DNA from: Candidatus Nomurabacteria bacterium
Lineage (GTDB): Bacteria; Patescibacteriota; Minisyncoccia; Phycocordibacterales; UBA5272
Length of the DNA stretch: 45,691 nucleotides
Direction: 5' to 3'
NCBI GenBank assembly: GCA_028286645.1
Contig: JAQBRF010000004.1
Coordinates: 157,501-203,191, forward strand
The position numbers and the translations under genes were made by a program. The notes beneath the pieces were generated by a model that was not told the DNA's origin, did not search any database, and saw only the letters and a list, made by a program, of their open reading frames with translations. Position 1 is the first letter of the stretch. Each line of letters opens with the position of its first letter. Shown in pieces: positions 36,812 to 45,690 of the stretch.

Positions 36812-36877
36812 TAAGTCACAAAAACGGGAGAAAGTCTGGTGTATCTAATTATCAGGTATCCATGTAAAATAGATCGT

Positions 36878-38332
36878 ATGTCTCCGCTAGAAAGATCTCC
36901 ATATACAGCTCGTAAAGGCCGCTCGCGCGACGGCCATTCAACTATTTTGGTGGAAGATCCGCTTCGCGGTCCTCGTATTCCTCCGCAAGATTTGGAAGCA
37001 GAGAAAGCACTTCTTGGATCTTTACTTCTTTCATCAGACGCGATGTTTGAAATCGCAGACCTTTGTACTACTAAAAGCTTTTATGCGGCAAAGCACCAGA
37101 TTATATTTGAAGTCGTTTGCGATTTGGTAAACAAAAAAGAGCCAGTTGATATCCTTACGGTGTCTTCATCATTAAGAAATAGAAAAGAATTTGATCAAAT
37201 CGGAGGTGCTCAGTATCTCTCAGAGCTTTTAGGGTTAGTGGGATCTGCGGCGAACGTTAAGTATTATGCTCAAATAATCAGAAGGAAGGAGTTATTGCGA
37301 AGGCTTATTGAAGCAAGCACCCATATAGCTGAAATTTCATATGATGAATCAGAAGATATAGAAAATGTATTAGAAGAAGCAGAAAAAAGGATTTATGAAG
37401 TAACCACTAGCGGTGGAACATCTAACAGGCTAATCGCCTTCCAAGAGCTTATCGAAGAAACCTGGAGTCGAATCGAAAAATTATCCGAAAATGGAGGAAC
37501 TCTTCGCGGTGTACCATCAGGATTTAAAGATTTAGATAATAAACTTTCCGGATTTCAAAAGTCTGATCTAATTATATTAGCTGCCCGGCCATCTGTCGGT
37601 AAGACTTCCCTGGCTCTAGACTTTGCTCGCCATGCTGCAGTTAAACATAACATCCCTACAGCGATATTTTCTTTGGAAATGAGTAAGGAACAGCTGGTAG
37701 ACCGTATGCTTTCTGCTCAGTCACAGGTGGATGGTTTCAAACTAAGAAATGGAAAGCTTACTCTTGATGAAGAATTTTCTCGTTTGCAACAAGGAATGCA
37801 TGAGCTCATGAAAGCTCCTCTTTATATAGACGATAAGGCGGCGAATACCATAATGAACATGAGAAGTGTTTTAAGAAGATTAAATACAGAGAGGCCGATT
37901 GGTTTAATTATCGTAGATTACTTGCAGCTTATGGGGACTGCGAAAAGTTATGACAACATGGTAAACCAAGTTACTGAAATCTCCCGGTCTCTTAAAGCTC
38001 TTGCAAAGGAATTTAATGCGCCAGTTATAGCGCTCTCACAGCTTTCTCGTGCAGTGGAATCTCGTGGAGGACGTCCTCGATTATCTGACCTTCGAGATTC
38101 CGGTTCTATTGAGCAAGATGCGGATGCTGTGCTCTTCATTCACCGTGAAGATAAATATGGAGAAAATAATGAAAAGAAAAATGTGGTGGAAATTTTAATT
38201 GAAAAACACAGAAATGGTCCAACTGGAATAGTTGAATTGTACTTCGATGATAAAAAGACAAGTTTCCTTCCGGTGGAGAAGAGCGAGTTTGGAGACTTTG
38301 TCTTGCCAAATATGAATACTCCGGAGTTTTAA
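36878..38332 (+). CDS. dnaB: Replicative DNA helicase
   Basis: PPQDLEAE, AARPSVGKT, FSLEM, VDYLQLM, LSQLSR, LRDSGSIEQDAD, KHRNG; TAAAAT 7 nt before ATG 36878. Confidence 0.97.
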   Translation: MSPLERSPYTARKGRSRDGHSTILVEDPLRGPRIPPQDLEAEKALLGSLLLSSDAMFEIADLCTTKSFYAAKHQIIFEVVCDLVNKKEPVDILTVSSSLRNRKEFDQIGGAQYLSELLGLVGSAANVKYYAQIIRRKELLRRLIEASTHIAEISYDESEDIENVLEEAEKRIYEVTTSGGTSNRLIAFQELIEETWSRIEKLSENGGTLRGVPSGFKDLDNKLSGFQKSDLIILAARPSVGKTSLALDFARHAAVKHNIPTAIFSLEMSKEQLVDRMLSAQSQVDGFKLRNGKLTLDEEFSRLQQGMHELMKAPLYIDDKAANTIMNMRSVLRRLNTERPIGLIIVDYLQLMGTAKSYDNMVNQVTEISRSLKALAKEFNAPVIALSQLSRAVESRGGRPRLSDLRDSGSIEQDADAVLFIHREDKYGENNEKKNVVEILIEKHRNGPTGIVELYFDDKKTSFLPVEKSEFGDFVLPNMNTPEF

Positions 38333-38336
38333 AGAC

Positions 38337-38371
38337 TAGATGGTAGATTTTAGATAATAGATGTTAGAAAT
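38337..38371. repeat. 7-nt period micro-array (TAGAT core)
   Basis: tagatgg tagattt tagataa tagatgt tagaaat. Confidence 0.75.
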
Positions 38372-38409
38372 TCAAGCAAGTTTAAACATTAACTGAGGCC
38401 TATCCGACA

Positions 38410-38961
38410 CTACTTATTATAAGTTTCTAAAAATGTTGTCATCTTTTCTAACGCAATCTTTCTCATTGAAGTTTCATGCTTTTCATCGTCTGTCATTTCT
38501 GCCCAAGTCTTTGAATATCCTTTAGGTATGAATACAGGATCCCAGCCGAAGCCCATTTCGCCCTTAGGAGTATTAGAAATCGTTCCTTCCATTGATCCGC
38601 TAAATGTATACACCTGCTCTCCATCACAGATTGCAAACATTACTTCCGCGTAAGCATCTCTGCTTTCAAATGAATCTAAGAGTTTGCACAAGCCGCCATT
38701 TCCTAAAGTTTCTAAAAACCATTTTATTAATGGGCCAGGCAGTGACTTCATTGAAGTAAAAATTAAAGAGACATCTTCAACTAAAACAGGTTCTTTAACT
38801 ATTTCAAATGCTCGTCTCGCCTTATCTTCAACCACTTCTTTTAAGTCTAAAGATTGTATCTCGTGTAAATCTAATTTTCTATGCTCCACAGGTATATGGA
38901 AATAATCACTAAGGTATTTAGCTTTTCCAGCATTCCCTGTTATAAATGTTAGTTTTTTCAT
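38410..38961 (-). CDS. rdgB: Non-canonical purine NTP pyrophosphatase (Ham1/ITPase)
   Basis: FITGN.GK, EIQ, VEDVSL, LPGP.IKWF, FGWDPVF.P, SMR. Confidence 0.9.
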   Translation of the reverse strand: MKKLTFITGNAGKAKYLSDYFHIPVEHRKLDLHEIQSLDLKEVVEDKARRAFEIVKEPVLVEDVSLIFTSMKSLPGPLIKWFLETLGNGGLCKLLDSFESRDAYAEVMFAICDGEQVYTFSGSMEGTISNTPKGEMGFGWDPVFIPKGYSKTWAEMTDDEKHETSMRKIALEKMTTFLETYNK

Positions 38962-38994
38962 GTAGCCTTATTGTATCATTTTGAATTAATTCTA

Positions 38995-39026
38995 TCTAAA
39001 ATCTAATATCTAACGTCTAAAATCTA
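38995..39026. repeat. 7-nt period micro-array (TCTA core)
   Basis: tctaaaa tctaata tctaacg tctaaaa tcta. Confidence 0.75.
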
Positions 39027-39049
39027 TTTTTGCTATACTGCAAAAACAT

Positions 39050-39676
39050 ATGAATGCTACCGACCGCCTTACAGAACTTTTTATGCGCTTTCCTGGCATT
39101 GGGCCCAAGCAAGCCAGGCGTTTTGTGTATTATCTGCTTCGCGAACATTCTCATTATAAGGAACAATTAATTAAGGCCCTGGAAGAATTAAAGTCCACAG
39201 GAAAGCAATGCGAGAAATGCTATAGGTATTTTGGCGACAAAAGTTTTAATAGCGACATGAAAATGTGCGATATCTGCGCTGATGAAAATCGTGACTTAGG
39301 AACTTTTATGATAGTGGAAAAAGAATTAGACTTAGATGCGGTTGAAAAAACCGGATCGTATAATGGACTATATTTTATTTTAGGAGGAGTTATCCCGCCG
39401 CTTACGGAGAAACCCTCTGAGTTAATTCGTATCAGAGAGCTCACTTCTCGCATTCATAAAGAAATTGAATTGAATACTTTAAAAGAAATAATATTTGCTC
39501 TTCCTGTAACGGATTATGGAGATACGACAAAAGAGTATGTGGAAAAAACTATTAATCAAATTGTTGGTATTAAAGATATAAAGATTTCTCATTTAGCGCG
39601 CGGGTTGTCCTCTGGCCTAGAATTAGAATATGTAGATCGCGATACATTTAAAAGCGCGCTTGAAAGAAGGGATTGA
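39050..39676 (+). CDS. recR: Recombination mediator RecR
   Basis: FPGIGPKQARR, C4 zinc finger, YNGLYFILGG, LARGL..G.ELEYVD. Confidence 0.95.
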   Translation: MNATDRLTELFMRFPGIGPKQARRFVYYLLREHSHYKEQLIKALEELKSTGKQCEKCYRYFGDKSFNSDMKMCDICADENRDLGTFMIVEKELDLDAVEKTGSYNGLYFILGGVIPPLTEKPSELIRIRELTSRIHKEIELNTLKEIIFALPVTDYGDTTKEYVEKTINQIVGIKDIKISHLARGLSSGLELEYVDRDTFKSALERRD

Positions 39677-39803
39677 CCAATGTGTATTTTAATGCCAGTA
39701 TTTAAATAAACAAATCAGGAGAACTGATAGCTTAACAGCCCGAGTGCCATTTAGGAATGGCGACCTGATTTTGATTAAGAATGACTTATTCCTGGAGGAA
39801 TTC

Positions 39804-40070
39804 ATGTTAACCAAGATCCTTTTTGTCATATTGGCTGGTATTTGCATCTTCGGGTGCGCTGAGGGAATTGCGCACTACAACGAGACTTCTATAACAAACT
39901 TCGAACTGTACGAAATCGTAACTGCTTTTGCGTTCGGAGTCTTGATTACCCTCGGGATCGTGAGCTTTATTGCTTTATATTTCCCACGTCTTTCCTGGGG
40001 GGAAGTTAGTGATGATTTTTCCCAAACGAAGACGGATGATCCAGACCATCCAAACTTTCTTAACCCATAA
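39804..40070 (+). CDS. 2-TM ORFan cassette (start re-assigned to MLTKIL)
   Basis: GGAGG 5 nt before ATG; TTGACC-N17-CAGTAT overlapping recR stop; terminator ccggga/tcccgg. Confidence 0.7.
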   Translation: MLTKILFVILAGICIFGCAEGIAHYNETSITNFELYEIVTAFAFGVLITLGIVSFIALYFPRLSWGEVSDDFSQTKTDDPDHPNFLNP

Positions 40071-40138
40071 CATATGGGCAGAAATAAAAACACCGGGAGC
40101 GATCCCGGGGTTTTCTTTTTATATTTTAAAATCCTTAA

Positions 40139-40173
40139 TCTAAAATCTAACGTCTAAAATCTGCCATCTAGTC
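40139..40173. repeat. 7-nt period micro-array (TCTA core)
   Basis: tctaaaa tctaacg tctaaaa tctgcca tctagtc. Confidence 0.75.
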
Positions 40174-40491
40174 TTACGCTATTGAATCAATCTTTAGATC
40201 CATAAAAGGCTGTCTGTGGCCATTTCTTTTATGATATCGGCTCTTAGCTTTGTATTTAACAACCATTACCTTATCTCTTTTGCCAAGTTTTGTGATAGTA
40301 CCAATCACCTTTCCTCCCTCGATAAACGGAGCGCCAAGCTTGGTGGCGTTTCCGTCATCAGTTAGGATAACAGAATCAATAGTTATCTTATCTCCTACTT
40401 TATGGTCTCCTTTTAGGATTTCTGTAGAAATAGTGTCCCCCGTGGTGACTTTATATTGCTTCCCCCCTGTTTGAATAACTGCGAATGTCAT
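40174..40491 (-). CDS. rplU: 50S ribosomal protein L21
   Basis: FAVIQTGGKQYKV, G.P, KYK.KSRY....GHRQPF. Confidence 0.96.
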   Translation of the reverse strand: MTFAVIQTGGKQYKVTTGDTISTEILKGDHKVGDKITIDSVILTDDGNATKLGAPFIEGGKVIGTITKLGKRDKVMVVKYKAKSRYHKRNGHRQPFMDLKIDSIA

Positions 40492-40616
40492 AGTTTTAAG
40501 ATTATACAATAAACCCGCCTATAATTCAAGTTTTAATAATAAAGCAATAGCTCGGTTGACTCAGGGTAATGTCTCATGTTATTTTATAGGCAATCCAACT
40601 CAAAGAGGTGGTTTTG

Positions 40617-40874
40617 ATGACTGCTAAACAAAAAATGGTTGTGGGAGTAAACCTCGACTTCTTCCTCAATAACAGAAACAGCCAGCTGGTCGTGTTAAAG
40701 CCAGCGGCTGTCTCACCTGGTCAGAAAGAGCGGTGGGAAGAGGTTGCGAGGTTTTCTAGCCGAAAGAAGTGGCAAAAGAGTGATTACCATGAACCCATGG
40801 CTATCGGCTTTCCACTCGAAATCATCAATCAGTTCTGGACTAATATCGAGGAGGCGCGCTCCGCTTCGCGTTAG
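40617..40874 (+). CDS. ORFan cassette
   Basis: TTGACT at 40556, GAGGTG before ATG, terminator cccacgac/gtcgtggg-T. Confidence 0.65.
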   Translation: MTAKQKMVVGVNLDFFLNNRNSQLVVLKPAAVSPGQKERWEEVARFSSRKKWQKSDYHEPMAIGFPLEIINQFWTNIEEARSASR

Positions 40875-40956
40875 AAATTCAATCTCCAAACACCCCACGA
40901 CCTGACCTCAGCTAAAAGCATAGGCAGTCGTGGGTTTTTTTACATAATGCTCGAGA

Positions 40957-42000
40957 CTAATCTTCTTCAAATGACGGTTTATCAAGCAATACAGTTTCCA
41001 CCCCTATTTCAGTCGCTGTGATTCTAAACACATCTTTATCTACTTTCTTGAGTTCCTTATATGCGGCATTGTAGTGGTTCACCGTGGTTCCAAGTGTCAT
41101 CCCAAGTTTTTTCATGAATTCCTCGTACGCCCCCAGATGCCTTCCAAGCTCTTCGACCCTCTTTTGTATATGTTTAGCACTTTCTTCTATTTGGAACGCC
41201 TTAAAGCCAAATAACACTGATTGGAGGTATGCGTAGAAAGTGGTTGGAGATACAATGATAACTTTTCTTTTATTGTATGCATATTCTATTAGATTTTGAG
41301 TGTTAACTGCTCCGCGGGCAACTTGGTTTATAAGTAAATCATAATAAATTCCTTCAGCAGGGATAAACATGAAAGCAAAAGGAAGAGTTCCTTCCTCTGG
41401 TTTTATATATTTTGAAGTTTCATCAATGCGAGCTTGGATGTCTTTCTTAAACTCATTTTGGTAATAAGCTATATCTTCTTCATCATCTGCATTCATCAGT
41501 CTTTGATAATTATCTAACGAATATTTTGCATCAATCGGAATTATTCCATCTTTTGTAGTTATGATAGCGTCAACTATCAGTCCGTCCTTAAAATAATGTT
41601 GCATTTTGTACTGGCCCGGTGAAAGCATGTTCGACAAAATGAGCTCGAGCGACGCTTCTCCTAAATTTCCTCTTTGCTTTTGATGGGTCAAAACTTTTTC
41701 TAGGTTCTGGAGTTGTTCGGTCATTGAAAATACTTGCTTATTCCCCTCTTTTACTTCGGTAAGCTCTTTCGTAATATCCGCTATGATTCTATTAGCTTCT
41801 GAATTATGGCGATGAAGAACTTGATGGAGTTCTGATTGCCCTCGTTCTAGCTTATTTTCCATCGCGTTTCTTAATTTGTCTAATTGATCTTGAAGAATGA
41901 GGAATGAATTATCTTCCTCCTTTTTTGGTTTACGAAAGACAACTACAAGAAGAAGCAGGATAATGATTACTCCGATGATAACAATAGCGATTTGATCCAT
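40957..42000 (-). CDS. rmuC: DNA recombination protein RmuC
   Basis: N-terminal TM, RGNLGE..LE, IDAKY, FAFMFIPAEGIY, VSPTT. Confidence 0.93.
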   Translation of the reverse strand: MDQIAIVIIGVIIILLLLVVVFRKPKKEEDNSFLILQDQLDKLRNAMENKLERGQSELHQVLHRHNSEANRIIADITKELTEVKEGNKQVFSMTEQLQNLEKVLTHQKQRGNLGEASLELILSNMLSPGQYKMQHYFKDGLIVDAIITTKDGIIPIDAKYSLDNYQRLMNADDEEDIAYYQNEFKKDIQARIDETSKYIKPEEGTLPFAFMFIPAEGIYYDLLINQVARGAVNTQNLIEYAYNKRKVIIVSPTTFYAYLQSVLFGFKAFQIEESAKHIQKRVEELGRHLGAYEEFMKKLGMTLGTTVNHYNAAYKELKKVDKDVFRITATEIGVETVLLDKPSFEED

Positions 42001-42027
42001 GAGGACTATTTTATCACAAATAAAGAT

Positions 42028-42107
42028 GATTTAAGATTAATGATTAAAGATTTAAGAATAGAATTCTAGCATCATTCGTAAATCGTAATTCGTGGATCGT
42101 GAATCGG
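42028..42107. repeat. Two 7-nt period micro-arrays in a divergent promoter region
   Basis: gatttaa gattaat gattaaa gatttaa; tcgtaaa tcgtaat tcgtgga tcgtgaa. Confidence 0.72.
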
Positions 42108-42134
42108 ACTATAATATGATAATATATAGGCACT

Positions 42135-42581
42135 ATGCAAGAAAAAATAAAAGATGAAATCAAGAAAGCTATGATAGCAAAAGACCCAGTACGCGTCGGC
42201 GCACTTCGTATGCTCTCTGCTGCATTTACTAATGAATTGGTTTCTCAAGGTCGCCCTCCGCAAGAACCGCTTTCTGATGAGGACTGCTTAAAAGTTATAA
42301 AAAGACTTACTAAGCAAAGAAAAGATTCAATGGATCAATTTACTGCCGCGGGCCGTCCAGAACTTGCAGAAGATGAAAAAAATGAGCTTATAATTTTAGA
42401 AGAATTTTTACCTACTCAGATGTCTGAAGCAGAAATCGAAAGTGCAGTAAAAGCTAAGTTAGCGGCCTCACCTATAGATCCATCAAAGAAAGGAATATTT
42501 GTAGGGACTATGATGAAAGAGCTTGGAGGAAATGCCGATGGAGCAGTCGTCAAAGCAGTAATAGATAGATTGGTCGTATAA
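42135..42581 (+). CDS. GatB/YqeY domain protein
   Basis: KKAMIAKD, KQRKDSMDQF..AGR.ELAE.E..EL, FLP.QMSE, ADG. Confidence 0.92.
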   Translation: MQEKIKDEIKKAMIAKDPVRVGALRMLSAAFTNELVSQGRPPQEPLSDEDCLKVIKRLTKQRKDSMDQFTAAGRPELAEDEKNELIILEEFLPTQMSEAEIESAVKAKLAASPIDPSKKGIFVGTMMKELGGNADGAVVKAVIDRLVV

Positions 42582-42663
42582 TACTGTTGACAAAATGGGA
42601 AATATGTTTAACAATATAAATGGACCAGAACATCGGACACATCAACCATTGGAGGATGTTGTC

Positions 42664-43227
42664 ATGAAGCCATTTGGCGAAATGACTACGGAAGAATTCA
42701 GCCTCCACTTGGAAGGCCTTTCTCCTGGAATTGAACGAGGTAAAGCAAGAGCAGAAAGATTTAAACAGCTTGAAGCTAAACAACGTGCGACACTAACCGA
42801 AAATGAAAGGAAGGTCAAAGACGAAGTAAAAGCTCTTGAAGATGAGCGCGGAAGACGAGGGTCCCTTGGAACAACGGGGAATTACATTACCCCCGCCGCA
42901 CCAATGAAAGGGGTTAAGCCTTCCTCGGCAAACGCCGAGCGCTCCCTATCTATCAAAGATGTGATCGCTGGAGAGGAAGTTGAGGCACGTAATGAGGGAC
43001 GCGTCATGGTACCCTCTCCCGAAAAGGAGGATCTGCCTTTAACTCCTGCTGAAAAAAAAGCGCTCTTAGAAAAGATGGGACGGGAGTGGGCTCGCGAGTA
43101 CCACGGAAATGATGATTTCAGGAGGGCTATGGATCATCCGGATCCAGATGAACCGCATTTCTTGCATGTCGATTCACCAGAGGGAGCAGAAGAATATCTT
43201 GGACCGCAACAGGAAGGTGAAAGATGA
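42664..43227 (+). CDS. Charged ORFan cassette protein (start re-assigned to MKPFGE)
   Basis: GGAGG 8 nt before ATG; annotated ATG lies inside TTGACA-N17-AACAAT; terminator agccgc/gcggct near 43270-43298. Confidence 0.7.
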   Translation: MKPFGEMTTEEFSLHLEGLSPGIERGKARAERFKQLEAKQRATLTENERKVKDEVKALEDERGRRGSLGTTGNYITPAAPMKGVKPSSANAERSLSIKDVIAGEEVEARNEGRVMVPSPEKEDLPLTPAEKKALLEKMGREWAREYHGNDDFRRAMDHPDPDEPHFLHVDSPEGAEEYLGPQQEGER

Positions 43228-43298
43228 GAACCGCGCTTGATCGTGGTTCCAATAAACCAGCCCAAGAAAAAGCCGCGAAGTAATGCGGCTTTATTTTT

Positions 43299-44078
43299 TT
43301 AATTACAAACTACCGGAATAGAAACTTTTATATATTGAGGAGTAGTAGTTCCCGCAACTGTTGAAGTATTTGCAGACTGGAAAACTAAGAGACATGGAGT
43401 CTTGCTTGGAAGGATATCTTTTATTTTTACTTCAAATTTATCCCACCCAGGAACAGACCAGTTTGGTGATGCATCGCTTGGATTTACAGAAACGATCTTA
43501 TTTTGATTGCTTACCACGATGGTGGGGAATCTTCCATCTTTAAACATTGTAGTTCGTGCTTCGCCAGTTATAGTTAAGCCTTTAAATATTGAACTTCCAG
43601 TTGATACAGAAATATTTCTTACATAGGTGGATGGAGGTGTAGAAGGCGTAGATATAGTCGTGGTTGTAGTAGACGATGTTGGTGGTTTATTTTGTGAATT
43701 GCCATTTAACACAACTTCTTTACCGGAAGAATCATATGTAATAAATTGTACGGCAGCGCTTCCGCTATTATATTCCATCCCGTATCTATATTGATTACCT
43801 GAACCATTGTAGACATTTCCTCCCTGGTATTCATTCCCTCCTTGATAAACATTTGTATTCGCGTCAGGTGTCTTAGCTGTTCCAAATATTCCACGGAAAC
43901 TTCCAGGAGGCGGAAGCCAATCCCCTGCAGACCTGGTAGAAGTACTATTTAATCCTAAAAGATTTCTGTATTTTAAATCCGGGTATAGAGAACTCACCAG
44001 CCACCAGACAGCAATAATTAAAACTAATACAATGGCTAGCTTTATTAAAAATCCGATAATTAGTTTTATTGTATCCAT
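43299..44078 (-). CDS. Membrane-anchored protein, possible Gmad2-type Ig-like C-terminal domain
   Basis: TM, Gly/Asn and Ser/Thr linkers, ITGEAR...F..GRFP. Confidence 0.7.
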   Translation of the reverse strand: MDTIKLIIGFLIKLAIVLVLIIAVWWLVSSLYPDLKYRNLLGLNSTSTRSAGDWLPPPGSFRGIFGTAKTPDANTNVYQGGNEYQGGNVYNGSGNQYRYGMEYNSGSAAVQFITYDSSGKEVVLNGNSQNKPPTSSTTTTTISTPSTPPSTYVRNISVSTGSSIFKGLTITGEARTTMFKDGRFPTIVVSNQNKIVSVNPSDASPNWSVPGWDKFEVKIKDILPSKTPCLLVFQSANTSTVAGTTTPQYIKVSIPVVCN

Positions 44079-44081
44079 ATA

Positions 44082-44654
44082 TTATTTCTGGCCATTGCAG
44101 GCATCTTCTGCCCAAAGCCCTCTTTTTGAAGTCTTCGCGATATTTTGAAGCGACCTAAACTCTGTTTGATATTTATAAGGAGTCATATAGGTGTATTCAT
44201 ATGCATATCCTTCCGCTATCATCTTTCTATTTATCATCTCTCCATCATCAATATAAACATAAGCAAGCAATCTTCCATATACATCTCTCGAACTCTGAGA
44301 CTCGTCATATTCAAGCCTTACTATTTTCCCGCTTAAAAGTTCCTTCATGCGAGTGGAAGCTTCTTTTCCGAAGCATTCGACTGTTTTACGCGGGTCTACT
44401 GTTTCCGGCGTGTTTATTCCTATTAATCTTATCGTCTCATCCGTTCCATCCATATCAATATGGATTGTATCTCCATCAGTTACTTTAGTAACCTTATAAT
44501 ATGTGTCTATCTGATTTGTAGATGTCGCATTTAAGTTTAAGTCTACAATTCCGGACTTATCTATTTGGAATACTCCGGCAATTATCAAGATCAAAAGTCC
44601 GAGCCATCCCCAACGGCTAGCTATTATTTTTTCTGCGGGTATTTTATCTGCCAT
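44082..44654 (-). CDS. Thermonuclease (SNase) family protein
   Basis: VTDGDT, IRLIGINTPE, DVYGRLLAYV, AK..KRGLW. Confidence 0.93.
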   Translation of the reverse strand: MADKIPAEKIIASRWGWLGLLILIIAGVFQIDKSGIVDLNLNATSTNQIDTYYKVTKVTDGDTIHIDMDGTDETIRLIGINTPETVDPRKTVECFGKEASTRMKELLSGKIVRLEYDESQSSRDVYGRLLAYVYIDDGEMINRKMIAEGYAYEYTYMTPYKYQTEFRSLQNIAKTSKRGLWAEDACNGQK

Positions 44655-44661
44655 AGGGAGT

Positions 44662-44790
44662 AGTTTATAGTTTTAAGTTTCAAGTTTCCAGTGACAACTA
44701 ATTATGGCCTCCAAACTCATTGAAGTCTCGAACTGAAAATTGAAGATCCGAGCTTACTATTATCTATAATCTAATGTCTAAAATCTAGTT
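44662..44790. repeat. Two 7-nt period micro-arrays
   Basis: agtttat agtttta agtttca agtttcc agt (44662-44692); tctataa tctaatg tctaaaa tctagtt (44764-44791). Confidence 0.7.
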
Positions 44791-45330
44791 TCAACATACC
44801 CCTGGAGCGGCTACTTTTTGTGCTAATGAGTAAGTTGCTATAAACAAGAAAATAATACCGATATAGCCGATCTCTAAGCCTTGGTAAGGCAATAAATTAA
44901 GCATCGCTGAGAAGCCGAAAAAGCCAAGCACCACGCTAAGGAGAGCTGTTCCACACGCTACACATCCAATCCCTAGAATTGCCAGTATTAACCCCATCCC
45001 ACTATAAAGTCCGCTTCTGATTATGATATCTCCGCGAGATTTCATATAAGTGTATGCCATTGAAATATTTATACCTGCCAGAAGTGATCCTAAAATAGCT
45101 AAGATAAGCGTGCTAGTAGTGAATGTGTCTGAAATATTAAAAAAAGTTGTAAAAGCAAGTGATAATCTTTCAAAAAGTGGAAGCAAATCAAAAGAAAGCA
45201 CCTGGCTGGTTTCACTCCCATTCTCCACTATGAGGAGAAGTAAAAATAATACAATCGTGGAGATAATGATTACTCGCCTGCTATCTTTTCTTGAGCTTAT
45301 AATAGACAAGCTAGCAATTAACTGCTTCAT
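44791..45330 (-). CDS. Multi-TM protein with CxxC motif
   Basis: GIGCVACG within hydrophobic segments; C-terminal Cys. Confidence 0.78.
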   Translation of the reverse strand: MKQLIASLSIISSRKDSRRVIIISTIVLFLLLLIVENGSETSQVLSFDLLPLFERLSLAFTTFFNISDTFTTSTLILAILGSLLAGINISMAYTYMKSRGDIIIRSGLYSGMGLILAILGIGCVACGTALLSVVLGFFGFSAMLNLLPYQGLEIGYIGIIFLFIATYSLAQKVAAPGVC

Positions 45331-45402
45331 GTCTTAATTTTACCACAAGGACGACCCTTTCATTGTTTATAACAAAATAAAATTCTGGAATATTCCAGAA
45401 TT

Positions 45403-45690
45403 TTATTTTATCTCATCCCCCACCTTTCTTCTTGCCAAGAAGTCTTCGAGTTGGACTATTTCTGTTTCAACTGCTTCTATCCATTCCTGTTTAGTCCCAT
45501 GGACAGCGCGCAGCTTTGCTTTATAATTTATGTAAAGCGGATAGATAAGTTCGGGCTCTTGCTCTAGCAGGTTATAAAATGTCTTTTGCTCATCATCGGT
45601 TAGCATCATTAGGCCTGTTTCAAATGCCCTGGCCTCTTCAGAAGTGAGCTCAGAGTCTTCTAATATTTTTCGTAAGCGTTCGTAAAGTGC
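45403..45690 (-). CDS. Hypothetical protein, 5' partial
   Basis: Frame stays open from 45609 to the window end (ALYERLRKILEDSELT...). Confidence 0.7.
   Translation of the reverse strand, partial: ALYERLRKILEDSELTSEEARAFETGLMMLTDDEQKTFYNLLEQEPELIYPLYINYKAKLRAVHGTKQEWIEAVETEIVQLEDFLARRKVGDEIK

Noticed and set aside
36780-36840. Replication origin
   Set aside because: Only one consensus DnaA box and no dnaA or box cluster
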